From the IMG/VR virus record IMGVR_UViG_3300049050_000058, positions 1 to 55,854 of that record: 55,854 bases of DNA; one strand, 5' to 3'. A program made the translations under genes and the position numbers. The notes under the pieces were generated by a model that saw only the letters and a list, made by a program, of their open reading frames with translations, ran no database searches and was not told the DNA's origin. Origin of the DNA: a virus (Duplodnaviria > Caudoviricetes). Below are positions 35,304 to 45,073 of the stretch, piece after piece (positions within the stretch are counted from its first letter, which is position 1; every line of letters starts with the position of its first letter).

Positions 35304-36434
35304 TAATGTTAGCGGCCTAAATTAGTAATAATTTGGTGAAAACCTCTCTAATTGCTGGAAACTCCTTAGAGTCTGTTGAACTACAACGCAAAACCTGATA
35401 TAATGGTTTATACGTGAATGTTTGAAAATCAACAGAATTGGACAATCAGCAGCAAAGCCCGAAAGGGAATGTTCAACGATCAGACATGAATGTCGTAGGA
35501 TCAAGTGATCCGAAATGGGAGGCAACCTACTAAGGTTGAAGATATGATCTAGTCTTACATGAAAGTGTAAGGTATTTGTGAGGGAATATTTATGAAACAC
35601 AAGCAATTCGATAAAGTATATCCGTACTCATATTTTCTAGTAAGAAAATCTGATGGAATGAAATATGTTGGTATAAGATATGCTAATGTGAAGAAAAATC
35701 TCACACCTTCCGAAGATTTCGGAAAGGTTTACTTCACATCTGGAAGATTAAGAAAAGAATTTAAAAATAACCCTGAAAATTTTGAGTACAGGCTTTGTTA
35801 TACATTTGACAACATAGAAGAAATGTTTGAATGGGAGAAGAATGTTGTACTCAAAGTTTACAAAAGACAGGATTGGGCTAATCAAGGATGGGGACCTAAT
35901 TTTGGTGAAAATCCTCTAATAGGTAACCTGATTCGTGAGGGACTTTATAAAAAAGATTCTTGCGGTAAAACAGCTAAAGAAAAACAAACAGAAAAATTTG
36001 TAGATTGGGTTTGGAATACAGAAGAAGGTGTTAACTGGAGAGTTAATATTTCAAAAAGAATTTCAAACATGCTTGATAATTTTTCTGAAGAGAAAAAGGC
36101 TGAAATACAGCAGAAAAGAAAACAAAGTATGGATTTTAAAGCAGCTTCGGTAAAGGCCCAAAAAACAATGAGAGAGGTTGGTGCTGATGGTTTAACCGGA
36201 CTACAAAGAAAAGCCAGAAAGTCCCATCAAAAATTAAAAGAATCTGGTAAAGCATCCGAACTCGGTAAAGAGAGGGATGCTAAATATACCAAAAAGCTCG
36301 GTGAGATGAGCGAAGAAGAATTTGAATTGTGGTGTGAAGGAAGATCGCCAAGAACTATTAACGGTGCGATTTCCCGAAGAAATAAATATCTAAAACAAAT
36401 CGGAGCAGATTAACGACCTGCTTTTAATAAAACG
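35304..36434 (+). mobile_element. group I intron in tail sheath gene (1131 nt)
   Basis: P1 CCGT/GCGG with U.G at the 5' site; P AATTGCTGGAAA, Q AATCAGCAG, R GTTCAACGATCAG, S AAGATATGATCT; terminal G. Confidence 0.92.
35592..36413 (+). CDS. intron-encoded homing endonuclease, GIY-YIG-like
   Basis: YSYFLV...KYVGIR..YFTS..E pattern; located in P9 region. Confidence 0.75.
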   Translation: MKHKQFDKVYPYSYFLVRKSDGMKYVGIRYANVKKNLTPSEDFGKVYFTSGRLRKEFKNNPENFEYRLCYTFDNIEEMFEWEKNVVLKVYKRQDWANQGWGPNFGENPLIGNLIREGLYKKDSCGKTAKEKQTEKFVDWVWNTEEGVNWRVNISKRISNMLDNFSEEKKAEIQQKRKQSMDFKAASVKAQKTMREVGADGLTGLQRKARKSHQKLKESGKASELGKERDAKYTKKLGEMSEEEFELWCEGRSPRTINGAISRRNKYLKQIGAD

Positions 36435-36658
36435 TCACAAATCCCGGACTTGTAACTATTGAGAATGAAATTCGCAGTGTCCTTGCTCTGGCTCAAGCCA
36501 ATGGTGCAATTGATGCTGGTTGGACTGTTCAAACTCCTGATGTTCTGAGTATTCCTGAAAATCAACGTGCTCAGCGTATTGCAGGCACATTTAAATTCCG
36601 CGCTCGTCTTGCTGGTAGCATCCGTAAGGTGATCGTTGAAGGAACTCTGACAGTATAA
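36435..36658 (+). CDS. tail sheath protein, exon 2
   Basis: FTNPGLVTIENEIRSVL...ARLAGSIRKVIVEGTLTV stop. Confidence 0.9.
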
Positions 36659-36670
36659 GGAGTATAGAAT

Positions 36671-37201
36671 ATGTCCAATCTAATCGGTAACTATGCACCA
36701 GATGATTTCACGATTGTTATCACTGTTGCTGGAAAAACCCATCGAATCACCGGCTTTGCTGCTGGTACTTTCGTAAACATGGAACGTCTTATCCCAACTT
36801 CCGAACCATATCAGGGTGTTGGTGATGACGCATTTGGTCGTGTTAAGCGCCGTGTAACAGCTATGAACGTGGGTATTACTCTTCACCAGTATTCCCCTTC
36901 AAACACTGTTCTTCAGCAAATTCAACTTGCTGATGCTCGTACACCGGGTAACGAATATGTGTTTAGCTGCACAATGAAAGATACCAGCGGTCAAACTGTT
37001 GCTTCTTCAAACAATGCAATTATTGCTGGCCCGCCTACAGTAGATTTTTCAGATACTACTGAAACTCGTACTTGGCAGATTTTCATGTTCGGAAGTGATC
37101 TGTTTATTGGTGGCAACATGCTTCTTGATGAGCCCAATGTTGACATTGTGGAATCTCTCGGCGGTGTCGTTGAGGATCGCTGGAAACTCTCTAGCCGGTA
37201 A
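36671..37201 (+). CDS. tail tube protein
   Basis: follows sheath; YAPDD..ITGFAAGTFV..ITLHQYSPSN. Confidence 0.8.
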   Translation: MSNLIGNYAPDDFTIVITVAGKTHRITGFAAGTFVNMERLIPTSEPYQGVGDDAFGRVKRRVTAMNVGITLHQYSPSNTVLQQIQLADARTPGNEYVFSCTMKDTSGQTVASSNNAIIAGPPTVDFSDTTETRTWQIFMFGSDLFIGGNMLLDEPNVDIVESLGGVVEDRWKLSSR

Positions 37202-37210
37202 AACAATCAG

Positions 37211-37236
37211 AGGGGTCGCAAGGCCCCTTTTATTTT
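37211..37236 (+). terminator. intrinsic terminator
   Basis: AGGGGTC-GCAA-GGCCCCT + T run. Confidence 0.85.
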
Positions 37237-37248
37237 CAGGGGTAACAA

Positions 37249-37755
37249 ATGGCTGATCCTTTTAACTATTGTCCTGATGACGTAAATGTTCTAGTCGCTG
37301 GTCTCATTTCCCTGAAAGGTTTTGTTGATGGAACATTTGTAAATATCTCAAAAGATATTGATTCTTTTGTAGCTAAAAGAACACCTGATGGAACAGTGGC
37401 AAGAATTTATAACAACGACAACACGTATACACTTCGTGTGACACTACATAATGGTAGTGAGTCGAATGATCTTCTCACCAAAATGTGGCAATTAGATCAA
37501 ATTACAAAAGGAAGAGGGAAATTTCCCATCTTCGTTAAAGATTTAAGTGGGACAGATTTAATGTTCTCTCTCACCGCCTGGGTTGAATCCCCTCCAGACA
37601 TGGTTAAAAGTGCTAGTGTAGATGGGAGGACTTGGGTAATTCGTTGTACAGAGTGCGTCATTAATTACGGAAGTAATACAGAACCTAGCTCAATTCTTAA
37701 TGATATCGTCAACATTGCAACCTCTGCATTACCTTCACTGGATGGTATTCTATGA
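37249..37755 (+). CDS. tail tube-like protein (paralog)
   Basis: YCPDDV..GFVDGTFV..VTLHNGSESN..KDLSG. Confidence 0.7.
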   Translation: MADPFNYCPDDVNVLVAGLISLKGFVDGTFVNISKDIDSFVAKRTPDGTVARIYNNDNTYTLRVTLHNGSESNDLLTKMWQLDQITKGRGKFPIFVKDLSGTDLMFSLTAWVESPPDMVKSASVDGRTWVIRCTECVINYGSNTEPSSILNDIVNIATSALPSLDGIL

Positions 37756-38213
37756 CAATTTTTACATATAGTCCACAAGATGTTGTTTTAATTGTTGCAG
37801 GTTATCAAGTAAAAGGTTGGGAGAGTATTTCAATTAAAAGAAACAAACAAGGTTTTCTCCCAATTGATGGTATTCGTGGGACAAACACAAGAGTTAGAAA
37901 TAAAAACACATCTTGTACTTTAGTTGTTCCGATTTTACAAACAGAGCAAGCTAATGACGTCTTTTCAAGAATTCATGAACTTGATCTTGAAAATGGTACA
38001 GGAAGACTTCAAATAACACTGAATGATAAGGGCGGTAATAGTGTTTTTTCAAGTAATGAGGCTTTCATTACAGCATACCCCGAAGTAATTTATTCTGGTG
38101 ATTTGGAATATAGAGCCTGGATCATTTACTGCAACACTTCACAATTTTATGTTGGCTCTAATGCCAATCCTTCTTTTAGTCTTTTTAGTAATCTTTTAAG
38201 TAATATTATCTGA
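37752..38213 (+). CDS. tail tube-like protein (paralog)
   Basis: YSPQDV..ILQTEQAND..NDKGG. Confidence 0.7.
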   Translation: MTIFTYSPQDVVLIVAGYQVKGWESISIKRNKQGFLPIDGIRGTNTRVRNKNTSCTLVVPILQTEQANDVFSRIHELDLENGTGRLQITLNDKGGNSVFSSNEAFITAYPEVIYSGDLEYRAWIIYCNTSQFYVGSNANPSFSLFSNLLSNII

Positions 38214-38224
38214 GGAATTTAATA

Positions 38225-38542
38225 ATGTCCAATCTGCTTGATATCCTAGAAACCGAAGAAAAAGAAATCGACAGCAAGCCTTACACTTTCACAGCATGGC
38301 CTGCTACTTTTGCTCTTGACTTTCTAGAAGCACAACAAGAAAACCTTGAAAAAGGTAAATCAGACCTTGCACTAATGAAAGAAATCATTATTAAAAGTGT
38401 TTCTGTTGGTGGTAAGAGTTTTGATTCCAAATCTTTTGATGCCTATTTTTCTCGTAAAACCAAACACATGATTCGTGTTTACGAAGCTGTACTAGAGTAT
38501 AATCTAGGTGATCTTTTTACTCAACCCGATTCCGAAGAGTAA
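38225..38542 (+). CDS. tail assembly chaperone (gpG-like)
   Basis: position before tape measure. Confidence 0.75.
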   Translation: MSNLLDILETEEKEIDSKPYTFTAWPATFALDFLEAQQENLEKGKSDLALMKEIIIKSVSVGGKSFDSKSFDAYFSRKTKHMIRVYEAVLEYNLGDLFTQPDSEE

Positions 38543-38799
38543 GTAAAGAATCGGGTAAAGAGAAATTTAAAACAGCACTACAAAAAGAAATTGAAGACAA
38601 ATACTCTCAACATTGGCAAATATATCGATTAGCTACTCATGAGAAAGGAGGTCTTCACATGGTGTGTGATCTTGAAACAAAGATCAGTTTTAGACAAATG
38701 AATAAAATGCTGGAAATCTTAGACGTTTACGATTCTCTTAAAGAAGAAGCATATGAGAAAGCTAAGAGAGAGGCCGAGAAAAACAATCCAAAGAGCTAA
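38512..38799 (+). CDS. -1 frameshift extension of the chaperone (gpGT-like; not in ORF track)
   Basis: 95 open codons in -1 frame starting at the T-run slippery site; 9-bp hairpin downstream. Confidence 0.75.
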   Translation, partial: SFYSTRFRRVSKESGKEKFKTALQKEIEDKYSQHWQIYRLATHEKGGLHMVCDLETKISFRQMNKMLEILDVYDSLKEEAYEKAKREAEKNNPKS

Positions 38800-38827
38800 A
38801 TTTTTAGCTTTCTTATGAGGAAAATAA

Positions 38828-39657
38828 ATGGCTACAGCTATTACAGTAAGAAAGTATACAGTTGATGTTTCTTATAAAATTAATAGAAATTCTGTAAGAA
38901 ACGTTGACAGGTCCTTTAGAGATTTTGAGAAAAAACTAAGACAGCTTACTAGGCGATTAAACAGAGGTATCACTTTAAATATCGACAGATTCACTGTTGA
39001 TCGAAGAAGACTGAATACTGTTCTTGGTGATGCACTTGACGCCGCCTCTAGTCGGGTTGTTTTTGAAATCAGTCGTTTTGCTGTTAATGATCGAAATCTT
39101 CAAGCTTCTCTACTAAGAGCTTCAAGACGTGTTGGTCGAAATCTCAATCCCCCTAACAACCCACCGCCGAATAACCCTCCAAACCCGCCTCAGCAAAACC
39201 CTCGTCAAAGGGTGGTGGCAGTAAACAATGCTGCTGGAGCAGGAGGTATTGCAGGATTAACAGCAAGAGCTTACACACCTCTTCTTGCTTTAGCTGGTGG
39301 TGGTTATGGACTAGCACAGCTTAATCAACGAAATCAGCAAGTAGTTTCTGCTCAATTACAAACATCTGCCGTTGTACAACAAGCAGGTGGAACAGCCAGA
39401 GAGGGTGGACAATCTTTTGATTATCTGCGTAGTGAAGCTGACAGAATCGGTTTCAACTATTTGGAAGCATCTGGTGACTACAATAAATTGATTGCTGGTT
39501 TGACAGGCGCGGGTGTTGGATTAGGTGAGAGTCAGAAAGTATTCTCTGGTTTTGCTGAACTATCTCGTGTAAATAAACTGGATAGGGTGACACAGAACAG
39601 GCTATTCAGAGCGTTAAGTCAGGTAGCAGGTAAAGGTAAGCTTCAAGCCGAAGAGCT
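38828..39657 (+). CDS. tape measure protein, exon 1 (spliced product 651 aa)
   Basis: ALSQVAGKGKLQAEEL motif continues in exon 2. Confidence 0.9.
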
Positions 39658-40773
39658 AAAATGTTAGGCTCGCTATGTAGAAATACATAGAAAAATTAAC
39701 TTCTTTAATTGCTGGGAAATCCTGTTAGGGGTTGATTACTTCCTCATATAGTGATATAATGAGTGAACACAAAAATAATGTTTTGTGGGATAGTAAAAAC
39801 ATCAACCATAGGGAATATCAGCAGGCGAGAATCTTTTAAAAATTCCCGAATACAGTAAGGAAAGTGACATGCAAGAAAAACTAATAAATGAAGTTGTTGT
39901 TAGAAAATCTAATAAATATCCAAATTATGGATGTTCTTTTGATGGGCAAGTTTTTCAATGGTATTTTGAAAAGCCAATGTCAATTTTAGTTGAAACGAAA
40001 GACTACCCAAGATTTAGAGCTTCACATAATGGTAAGCCTTCTAACGTAATGGTTCATCTGATTGTTGCGGATTGTTGGGTAGAAAATCCCGATCCTGAGT
40101 TTAAAATTAATGTTAATCATAAAGATGGTAATAAAAGGAATTTCTGCGCAAGTAATCTTGAATGGGTTACTCGGTCTGAAAATCAACTTCATGCTATAAG
40201 AAATAATTTGAAATCTAAAGGTGAAAAACTCTATAATTCAGAATTGTCTGAATCTGAGGTGCATCTTATTTGTCAGAAACTTCAGCAAGGTGCTTTGATT
40301 AAAGATCTTTCCTCTGAGTTTGATGTTTCAAAAGACATTATAAAAAAAATAAAAGATGGTAGTACATATTTTCACATTAGATGTATGTACCCAATAGAGC
40401 ACAAATATATAACAGATTTTTCTGAATCTACAATCAGATGGGTTTGTGAAAATATTGTAAAAGGTTTGGGCGACAGGCAGATAAAAGATATTTCAAATAA
40501 CTCTCTATTGAAGATAATAGATATAAAGAGAATTCGTAATAAAATCAGATACCGTCACATATCTGATGAATATTTTTAAAAGATTCGGCTTCAACGACTA
40601 TCGAAAACACGCACATGTGTGCGGAAGTGAGTAGAGTAGGGATAAGTATCCCGAAAAAAGAAGGAAGTGAACAGGTAGTGCTGAACTTTAAGATATAGTC
40701 TCATCTTATAGGAAACTATAAGCAGTTCATAAGAGAACGGGGAGGGGAGTAACGAACCCTCCTGAAGACAATG
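39658..40773 (+). mobile_element. group I intron in tape measure gene (1116 nt)
   Basis: P1 GAGCT/GGCTC with U.G; P AATTGCTGGGAAA, Q ATCAGCAGG, R CTTCAACGACTA, S AAGATATAGTCT; terminal G. Confidence 0.92.
39869..40579 (+). CDS. intron-encoded HNH homing endonuclease (I-HmuI-like)
   Basis: VHLIVA..VNHKDGNKRN..SNLEWVTRSENQLHA; looped out of P6. Confidence 0.9.
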   Translation: MQEKLINEVVVRKSNKYPNYGCSFDGQVFQWYFEKPMSILVETKDYPRFRASHNGKPSNVMVHLIVADCWVENPDPEFKINVNHKDGNKRNFCASNLEWVTRSENQLHAIRNNLKSKGEKLYNSELSESEVHLICQKLQQGALIKDLSSEFDVSKDIIKKIKDGSTYFHIRCMYPIEHKYITDFSESTIRWVCENIVKGLGDRQIKDISNNSLLKIIDIKRIRNKIRYRHISDEYF

Positions 40774-41899
40774 TACAGGTCAAATCGCTGAAGCTCTCCC
40801 TGGTGGTACTGCTTTGTTTGCTGAAGCATATCAACGGCAAATCGGTGGAGATAAAACAGGACAAGAAGCCATTTCAGCTTTGATGGAAGCTATGAAAAAA
40901 GGCGAAGTAAAAGGTAGTGTTCTTACCTATGCTGGTCAACTTGCTTCCGAAAGGGCAAACGCTGGTGGTGCATTAGATGCAGCAGCACGGGCATCTCAAG
41001 CGGAACAGGCTAGATTTCAAAATAGAATTTCTGATCTGGCAATTGTTGCTTCAAATAGCGGGTTGGAATCTGGTTTTGCAAGACTGTTTAGAGCATTGAA
41101 TGGTGGTTTAAAAGAAGCAAATCCAATGGTGGAGTCTCTTGCAAAAGGATTTGACCAAGCAAGTAAGTATGTAAGCTATTTGCTTCTTAGTGTGCAATCA
41201 CTTCAAAGATTTTTCCAAGGAAGAGACAGTTATCTTGGTGAAAAACTATTCCCAACAGAAGAATCTCAGGCAAAAGCATTTGAGGCTTTTTCTAAGCTTA
41301 AATCTTTGATGGAAGAGATGGATAAATTATCTTCCAATATTTACAATGGATGGAATAATTTATTTCAACTGATTGATGGTAGTTCAGTATTAAATAAGCT
41401 TAATGATACACTGTCTTTACTTGGTAACTCTGCAAATGTTTTGAACAAGTTGGCAGAAGGTGATTATTCAGATGCTGTAAGTTCTGCTAAATCTGCTGGT
41501 AAACGTTTTGTAAATACAATTACAACACCAGGGCGTATTGGAGCTAATGCTGTTATTTCAGCAGCAACAAAAGGAATTGCAGCGCTTGACCCTAGAGTTA
41601 CGGTAGATCAAGTTACTCCTTTCCAGTTTGGTAAGCCTTTCGATGATGTTCGTTCTGATTACGATTGGCGTACAGATTACAAAGCTGAACAAGCAAGACT
41701 GGCAGCAGAAAATAGAAATCAGTTTGCTTTACCGGGAATCAACCAAGCACTAGCCCCAGGTCAAAAAGCAATTGATCTTTCAATCAAAATGGATGTTAAA
41801 ATTGATGCTGCAAATCCTGAAGATTTTGGTAACAAGTTCCAAGAACATCTGAGAGATTTAGCAAAAGCAACTTTACTTCAATTTCCAGTAGGAGAGTGA
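40774..41899 (+). CDS. tape measure protein, exon 2
   Basis: spliced read EEL-TGQIAEALPGG matches the tape-measure domain pattern. Confidence 0.9.
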
Positions 41900-41900
41900 T

Positions 41901-42683
41901 ATGTCTTTAGCCCTTCGCTGGGGTGATGATGATAAAGATGAAGGTGGCTTCATTTATTTGAATGCCACCACACTTTACACCCAAAGTTATACAGGTCAAG
42001 TTACAAAACATCCGATTGATAGTGGCGGTGAAATTACAGACCATTTTATCAACAATAATCCTACATTCAACGTATCGGGTGTAATTACTGGGGATGATAT
42101 TAATACAAGCAGTTATTTGATTCAAGATTTAGTGGGCAATGCTCCTTTCAACGTCAATGAGCCTCCGACAGCTGTTAATGTTGGTTCTACTGATCTTGGT
42201 GTTCTTTCTAATTTCATTCCTACAAGTATTGGTCAGTTTTTACCTTCTGTTGATCCTGAAGTTACAATGGACGCTCAAAGAGCAGACCTGTTAGAGCAGA
42301 TAAGAAATGCTCTTACTAACTTGGTTAGTGGTTTTAGAATTAATGAACAAACAGGGCAGTTTGAAAAAGTTATTCAAATCGTAAGACTTTTTGAATATGA
42401 TGGTATCAATCTTAAAAGGATCATCAATAATCTTGTCATAACTTCTATCAACTTTAAAGAAGATGTTAACACAGGTTATGCTTTATATCCTGATTTTACT
42501 TTTGAGCAAGTTTCTTTTGCTGGAATAAAGAAAACAACAATCCCAAAAGATGTTGTTGATTCATTGAAAAAGAAAGCTGCAACCAAAGAATCCAAGGGTA
42601 AACAAGACAGCACAGTGAATTCAGGAAATAATCCTCCTAAAACGGATGACGATGAAATAAGAGAGGTAGCCAAAGAATTATGA
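41901..42683 (+). CDS. tail tube initiator/Dit-like protein
   Basis: VTKHPIDSGGEITDH motif. Confidence 0.75.
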   Translation: MSLALRWGDDDKDEGGFIYLNATTLYTQSYTGQVTKHPIDSGGEITDHFINNNPTFNVSGVITGDDINTSSYLIQDLVGNAPFNVNEPPTAVNVGSTDLGVLSNFIPTSIGQFLPSVDPEVTMDAQRADLLEQIRNALTNLVSGFRINEQTGQFEKVIQIVRLFEYDGINLKRIINNLVITSINFKEDVNTGYALYPDFTFEQVSFAGIKKTTIPKDVVDSLKKKAATKESKGKQDSTVNSGNNPPKTDDDEIREVAKEL

Positions 42684-43012
42684 TTAATTACGTTAATTTA
42701 CCGCTATTCTCAGAGTCTTTTTACGATTATTCTATCTCCCTTGAGGGTAATTCGTATATCCTCCAATTCACCTACAACGAGCGTTCTAAGCTCTATTATT
42801 TGTCTCTTTTAGATGCTGACTACAATGAAATTGTGGTGGGATGTGCTGTAGTTCCTTATCACCCAATAATGCAAAATTACGCTATAGATAATCTGAGTGG
42901 ATTTTTCTGGATGGAACCTAAAAGTGATCTTGTGACTGATAGCTATATTGAATATCCAGACAAGATTCATGAATTTTACAACATGTATTATATTTATATA
43001 ACTGAGGAATAA
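42680..43012 (+). CDS. baseplate protein
   Basis: ISLEGNSYILQFTYNER; position. Confidence 0.65.
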   Translation: MINYVNLPLFSESFYDYSISLEGNSYILQFTYNERSKLYYLSLLDADYNEIVVGCAVVPYHPIMQNYAIDNLSGFFWMEPKSDLVTDSYIEYPDKIHEFYNMYYIYITEE

Positions 43013-43013
43013 A

Positions 43014-43901
43014 ATGCTAATTCAAAAGAACAGGAAGTATGAGCTTATCATTGGTGATTATAAAAATGGAAATGGTTTGCTAATTGACAATCTCCAAGTT
43101 TCTTTTGATATTAGCAAATCCTCTGACAATAAAGCAAAGACAAATTCTTGCGCTATTGAAATTTACAATCTTTCCAATCAAAGTTTGAAAATTCTTGAAA
43201 CAGACTACCCTGCTGCTGTATTCAGTGCTGGTTATGCTGATATTGGAATTAAAAGACTTTTCTCTGGTGAAGTTAATTTAGTTACAACCAGGAAATCAGG
43301 GACAGACAGAGTTACACAAATTCAAATGGGTTCTGGTTATACAGACCTGAATCATAAATTATTAAGTTCTTTAGTTGCCCCGGGAAGAACATTAAAAGAT
43401 GTTTTTGAAGAGATTCGTAAAGCTCTGCCTGGAGTTGCTAGAGGTGTTTACAATGGAACCAATCTGAACAATCCTATTCTTTATGGCTATCCCTTGACAG
43501 GCACTCCTAAAGAAATGCTCAATGAACTTTCTCAAAAATATGGTCTTGAGTGGCAGATAGAAGACGATGTTCTTTATGCTCATGATAAGACGCGGGGGAA
43601 CAGAGAAAGCTTTGAAACAGCCTATGTTATTTCTTCTGAAAGTGGTCTGATTGAATCTGCGTATTATGCAAATGGTGATATTAGGCGTTCTAAAAAGGAT
43701 GAAGTTAAGAAGCAATCTGTTCAATGGAAAATGCTTTTGAATCCAGATATTCAAGCTGGTGATATTGTGAAGCTAGAAGACAGACTTATTCAGGGTTGGT
43801 ATAAAATTGAAGATATCAGGCACAATGGATCATGGCGAGAAAATGCTTGGTACACTGAATGCAGAGCAACAGCTATTGAGAAGGTGACTAGAAATGTCTG
43901 A
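43014..43901 (+). CDS. baseplate hub protein
   Basis: IEIYNLS..AGY..LFSGEV..LLNPDI. Confidence 0.8.
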   Translation: MLIQKNRKYELIIGDYKNGNGLLIDNLQVSFDISKSSDNKAKTNSCAIEIYNLSNQSLKILETDYPAAVFSAGYADIGIKRLFSGEVNLVTTRKSGTDRVTQIQMGSGYTDLNHKLLSSLVAPGRTLKDVFEEIRKALPGVARGVYNGTNLNNPILYGYPLTGTPKEMLNELSQKYGLEWQIEDDVLYAHDKTRGNRESFETAYVISSESGLIESAYYANGDIRRSKKDEVKKQSVQWKMLLNPDIQAGDIVKLEDRLIQGWYKIEDIRHNGSWRENAWYTECRATAIEKVTRNV

Positions 43902-44673
43902 TATTTTCCAACCTCTACTTGAAGCAGTTAAAGAAAGTACAAAATCTGAAATTTATACTGCAATTCCTTGCATTGTAGTTGCATCTGATAGGGATGCTTC
44001 TGATATGATTGTGACTATACAGCCGACAATCAATAAGAGAAAAGAAGACGGGACAGTAGCCGAATACCCAATTATACAAGGTGTTCCTGTTTGTTTTCCT
44101 GTTTCTGATAATGCAGGGATGACTTTCCCAATCAATCCAGGGAAAACCACAGGACTAGCAATTTTCTCCATGCGCAGTATTGAAGCTTGGAAGAGTGGAA
44201 ATGGTAAACCAGCTGCTCCAATGAATCAAGCAAAACTTGATAAATCAGACGCAATTTTTATTCCAGGGATTATGCCGCAAGGTAATTCAGTCAACAATCC
44301 CGCAAAGCATGTTTATGAACATTCAACCAAAGATGTAGCAATTTTCAATAATCTTGGAACTTCTAATGAAGTGGAAATAAGATTGAAACAAGATGGCAGT
44401 GTTATCATTAATGCTGGAAACAAGCTTGTTGAAGTTAATTGTGGTGATGCGACAGTGAATGCTGTTTCATCTGTAAATGTAAATGCTCCAGAAATGACAG
44501 TAGATGTTGCAAATACTCTTTGGATTGGTAATATTCAGGTTCAAGGTAATATTGTTCAAACAGGCAATTACACTCTTACTGGAGCTGCAACATTTAATGG
44601 GATTCCGTTTGATACTCACAAACATATTGGTGTAACCCCGGGTCCCGGTACAACAGGAGGTCCTACAGCATAA
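43894..44673 (+). CDS. baseplate central spike
   Basis: C-terminal HxH iron-binding motif THKH..GTTGGP. Confidence 0.85.
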   Translation: MSDIFQPLLEAVKESTKSEIYTAIPCIVVASDRDASDMIVTIQPTINKRKEDGTVAEYPIIQGVPVCFPVSDNAGMTFPINPGKTTGLAIFSMRSIEAWKSGNGKPAAPMNQAKLDKSDAIFIPGIMPQGNSVNNPAKHVYEHSTKDVAIFNNLGTSNEVEIRLKQDGSVIINAGNKLVEVNCGDATVNAVSSVNVNAPEMTVDVANTLWIGNIQVQGNIVQTGNYTLTGAATFNGIPFDTHKHIGVTPGPGTTGGPTA

Positions 44674-45062
44674 TGGATTTTTTACTAGAAACAAATCCAA
44701 TTTCCCCAAACAATCATGATATTATCTGGAATAATGGGCCATTAACAAAAGAATATGTAACTTCACCTTTTACACAAACTGTGGCACAAAGGCTCAAAAT
44801 TCGACTCCTTACATTTCAAGAAGAGTGGTTTTTAGACACTACTTATGGTGTGCCTTATTTTCAAAGAATTCTTGGTAAAAAGAAAGTAACTAAAAGCTCA
44901 GTTGATCTTATTTTTCAAGAACAAATTTTACTTGAGCCAGGGGTAAAAGAGATTGTGTCTTTTAGCTCCACTTTCTCAGATCGTCAATATTCGATGACTT
45001 TTCAAGTGAGAGTTAACACGGGCGAAGTTACAGCACCTATCAATATTTCACCAATTAGTTAA
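44673..45062 (+). CDS. baseplate wedge/gp25-like sheath initiator
   Basis: AQRLKIRLLTFQEEWFLDTTYGVPY. Confidence 0.8.
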   Translation: MDFLLETNPISPNNHDIIWNNGPLTKEYVTSPFTQTVAQRLKIRLLTFQEEWFLDTTYGVPYFQRILGKKKVTKSSVDLIFQEQILLEPGVKEIVSFSSTFSDRQYSMTFQVRVNTGEVTAPINISPIS

Positions 45063-45073
45063 GGATTTTTAAT

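Noticed and set aside
34238-35320. Sheath gene as a truncated pseudogene or complete 360-aa protein
   Set aside because: Group I intron removal restores a full 429-aa frame.
40814-41899. Independent 361-aa gene with TTG start
   Set aside because: No SD; it is exon 2 of the tape measure gene.
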